Positions 62,028-64,000 of a DNA stretch of 64,000 nt are shown piece after piece. The position numbers and the translations under genes are program-made. The DNA comes from Macrostomum hystrix. Its lineage: Eukaryota > Animalia > Platyhelminthes. The notes below the pieces were generated by a model. The model saw only the letters and a list, made by a program, of their open reading frames with translations. It was not told where the DNA came from and ran no database searches. Location of the stretch: the NCBI GenBank assembly GCA_950097015.1, contig CATNEN010000003.1, forward strand, positions 2,356,001 to 2,420,000, written 5' to 3'. Numbering within the stretch: the stretch's first letter is position 1; each line of letters begins with the position of its first letter.

Positions 62028-62660
62028 CGGGATTCTCCAATCTAAGCCTAGTGTACATATGGGGTAGAGAAAATTAATGACTGGCTAGGGGGATTCCCGA
62101 ATCTAAGCCTAGTGTACATATGGGGTAGAGAAATTTAATGACTGGCTAGGGGGATTCCCGAATCTAAGCCTAGTGTACATATGGGGTAGAGAAAATTCAT
62201 GACTGGCTAGGGGGATTCCCGAATGTAAGTCTAGTGTACATATGAGGTTGAGAAAATTAATGACTGGCTAGGGGGATTCCCGAATCTAAGCCTAGTGTAC
62301 ATATGGGGTAGAGAAAATTAATGACTGGCTAGGGGGATTCCCGAATCTAAGCCTAGTATACATATGGGGTAGAGAAAATTAATGACTGGCTAGGGGGATT
62401 CCCGAATCTAAGCCTAGTGTACATATGGGGTAGAGAAAATTAATGACTGGCTAGGGGGATTCCCGAATCTAAGCCTAGTGTACATATGGGGTAGAGAAAA
62501 TTAATGACTGGCTAGGGGGATTCCCGAATCTAAGCCTAGTATACATATGGGGTAGAGAAAATTAATGACTGGCTAGGGGGATTCCCCAATCTAAGCCTAG
62601 TGTACATATGGATGATATGGTGTAGAGAAAGTTATTGACTGGCTAGGGTAATTCCCCAAT
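62028..62660. repeat. Tandem repeat, 61-bp unit, about 10 copies
   Basis: AATCTAAGCCTAGTGTACATATGGGGTAGAGAAAATTAATGACTGGCTAGGGGGATTCCCG at 62039, 62100, 62161 and onward. Confidence 0.97.
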
Positions 62661-62733
62661 TGACACGAAAATTTTAACGCAAGCACATACTTATAATTAA
62701 GCTGAAAAAACTATAAAGTGAAAAGCAACTCAC

Positions 62734-62950
62734 CTGTGGACAAGATGGTGTTATGCCTGCGCACATTCACATCCATGGAGTTGTGCAACAGAAAAGTGAC
62801 AATATGTGGCTTATTGTGCACAGCGGCGTGGTGAATTAGCGAGAGGCCGCTCTCGTCCTGCTTATTGAGCTCATTTTTGTGCTTTCGATACAACGAGAAG
62901 AACATGGATTGCAGGCCGCGCTGAGCGCACAACTTCATGCCGGGTAGATT
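62734..62950 (-). CDS. ANKAR: ANKAR exon (ankyrin repeat)
   Basis: TTTTAG|NLPGMKLCAQRGL...DESGLSLIHHAAVHNK...VNVRR...STG|GTGAGT; 217 nt, phase 0 to 1. Confidence 0.92.
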
Positions 62951-63850
62951 CTAAAAAAGAGAGAATACTACGATTAAAAAACACATCTAACTTCACAGAA
63001 GTATTTTTGCATGTATATTTTCACAAAGTACACTACTGTGAGTAGAAATACAAGAAAGTACTTTTAAAATTTTTATATTAGGACTAAAAATGATGTAACC
63101 GGCATGTTCGTTTTACAACGTATTTATCGGTCATTTAAAGACAAAAACTAAAAAACAATTCCTCTGCAGATAGATTTCTTAAACCTGTGAGTTTTCCCCT
63201 TCCAAAAATAGTGAGCTGAAAAGGGCGAACAACAGGCAGAGGATAAGGTGAGTTTACAAGTCAGAGGATTTGGAAAAAATTGTTGCTAGTATATTTAAAA
63301 TTGGCATGCGCAGCAACTTACTTAAAGTCAACATTTTCGCAGAAATTAATCTAAATAATAAGTCATAGATTCTATGAGTCATCAGTTACAAAGATTATTA
63401 AATTTGTTATAAGGTAGACAAAAGTAAAGTAAAGATATGCCATTTAACAGCTCATCAGTCAATAAATAGGCGATAATGCAACAAATATGAGCTTGTAGTA
63501 TTAGAAAATATGGGACAAGTGTTACGAAATCACATGAGATTGGGATTTGTGGAATAAAGTAATAGGATTTAGGGATTTTAGATAAGGATTAGATAATTTC
63601 GGATAAGTTTTATGGAACATAGGATGAGGATTAGGGAATATGGAATCATGATTGGGAAATGTAGGATTAGGAAAAGGGAATGTTGGATCAAGATTAAAGA
63701 ATGTGGGATCTATATCAGGAAATATGGGATTTTCGAATGGGGCTTAAAGAATGTGTAGTGGGGATTACGACTTAGGCAAGTGGAAATTGTATCATTAAGG
63801 GATATAACAAGATTTGCTATTATAAAATGCATAAAAAGCCGCAGCTTCAC

Positions 63851-64000
63851 CTTGTGACACTTGATGGCCTTCTTCTGCCCGAAGAACTTCTTAAACTGGT
63901 CAAACAGCTGGGCCTCCTGCAGCGGCAGCTTCTTCTGCTGCAAAGCCTTCGCATTCTCCTCGTACATGGCCCGCACCCACTTTGGCTTCTGCGGCTGCTG
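63851..64000 (-). CDS. ANKAR: ANKAR exon (partial, continues beyond the right edge)
   Basis: Reads ...LFDQFKKFFGQKKAIKCHK. Donor AAG|GTGAAG, phase 0 into the next exon. Confidence 0.85.

Overview
Eukaryotic (metazoan) genomic DNA with GT-AG introns, no prokaryotic features, and a very high load of minisatellites. The style (GC-rich exons, CAG runs, a different 15-35 bp minisatellite every 1-3 kb) resembles a free-living flatworm such as Macrostomum; this is inference only. Three protein genes lie on the minus strand. (1) The first coding exon of a protocadherin-like gene (4656-5492), which continues off the left edge. (2) A compact three-exon POP1 (RNase P/MRP subunit, 43133-46735, about 621 aa). 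(3) The 3' eleven exons of ANKAR (47916 to beyond 64000); I reconstructed all ANKAR and POP1 junctions by hand and they are phase-consistent. The ~37 kb between protocadherin and POP1 has no recognisable coding exon. Two tRNA-headed SINE families are present: a CORE-SINE-like family (A) and a highly structured family (B). There are also two MITE-like elements. The most interesting leads are a possible ANKAR-POP1 operon with SL trans-splicing, an inverted SINE-B pair enclosing one ANKAR exon, an HDV-ribozyme-like 14-mer in SINE-B, a candidate cassette exon and microexon in ANKAR, and a minisatellite made of about 50 nuclear-receptor IR1 palindromes. Almost all long ORFs in the supplied track are artefacts of tandem repeats.
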